Assembly (NCBI GenBank): GCA_964647565.1 | Contig: CAZYIM010000048.1 | Location: forward strand, 1 to 15,154 | DNA length: 15,154 nt | Source: an uncultured Methanosarcinales archaeon | Lineage (GTDB): Archaea > Nanobdellota > Nanobdellia > Woesearchaeales > CAZYIM01 | Direction of reading: 5' to 3' | Shown: positions 14,796-15,154 of the stretch, piece after piece | Position numbering within the stretch: position 1 is the stretch's first letter | Layout: each line of letters begins with the position of its first letter | Notes under the pieces: generated by a model | What the model saw: the letters and a program-made list of their open reading frames with translations, nothing else | What the model was told of the DNA's origin: nothing | Databases searched by the model: none | Made by a program: the position numbers and the translations under genes

Positions 14796-15152
14796 TCAGA
14801 GTTGATGTAGTTTGTTGATAAACCAGTCAGCTGCATTCTGCATTCCATATTGCTTCTGGACTTCGATGTCATAATTATTGATATTGTTTGACACCTGCTT
14901 CAATCCGCATGTATACGCTTTGGATGCTGAATGAAGATCGCCTATTCCCTCGTAATGTTGACCTAGAGCTCTCCAGACGTCATATTTTGAATGAATCGGT
15001 GTAATTCTTTCTGCCATAAGCAGGTTACCTATTGCCGAACCTAATGTTATTCCGTATGGATCATCACCTATCTCATACCGTACGAAATGTAGCTTTGCAA
15101 GATTCATGAATGTTCTTGCTAAATTTGCATCTATCTCCCCTTCAGATTTAAC
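14796..15152 (-). CDS. Hypothetical protein with TPR-like helix pair, probably 5'-truncated by window edge
   Basis: Frame is open from the window end (VKSEGEIDANLARTFMNLAK...); VWRALGQHYEGIGDLHSASKAY is TPR-like. Confidence 0.6.
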   Translation of the reverse strand, partial: VKSEGEIDANLARTFMNLAKLHFVRYEIGDDPYGITLGSAIGNLLMAERITPIHSKYDVWRALGQHYEGIGDLHSASKAYTCGLKQVSNNINNYDIEVQKQYGMQNAADWFINKLHQL

Positions 15153-15154
15153 TA

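Noticed and set aside
15119..15140. GGGGAG + ATG at 15130 suggesting a frameshifted start of the last gene
   Set aside because: That ATG stops after three codons, while the gene's own frame is open to the window edge; truncation is the simpler explanation.

Overview
AT-rich archaeal chromosome segment. BRE/TATA promoters, GGTGA/GAGGTG ribosome-binding sites, rpoL, a METTL5-type methyltransferase, XerA and BHB-intron tRNAs show it is archaeal; a DPANN/Woesearchaeota-like origin is inferred. Main signal: a bacterial-type thrS whose ~400-nt upstream region holds an unannotated 28-aa leader ORF ending in six consecutive Thr codons, then a pyrimidine tract and a GC-rich RNA fold with alternative pairings and a UGU (Thr anticodon)-tipped hairpin. 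This is a candidate ribosome-mediated attenuator in an archaeon. Second signal: a ~5 kb padR-to-xerA block with a dif-like site, bounded by two related AT-rich regions that share a 37-bp direct repeat and phased TATTG-N6-CAATA palindromes. Third signal: a three-intron tRNA-Ile(UAU) with a duplicated 3' end next to a two-intron tRNA-Glu(UUC). The rest is HDAC, HNH, LysM and transglutaminase-like genes plus two pairs of diverged tandem paralogues.
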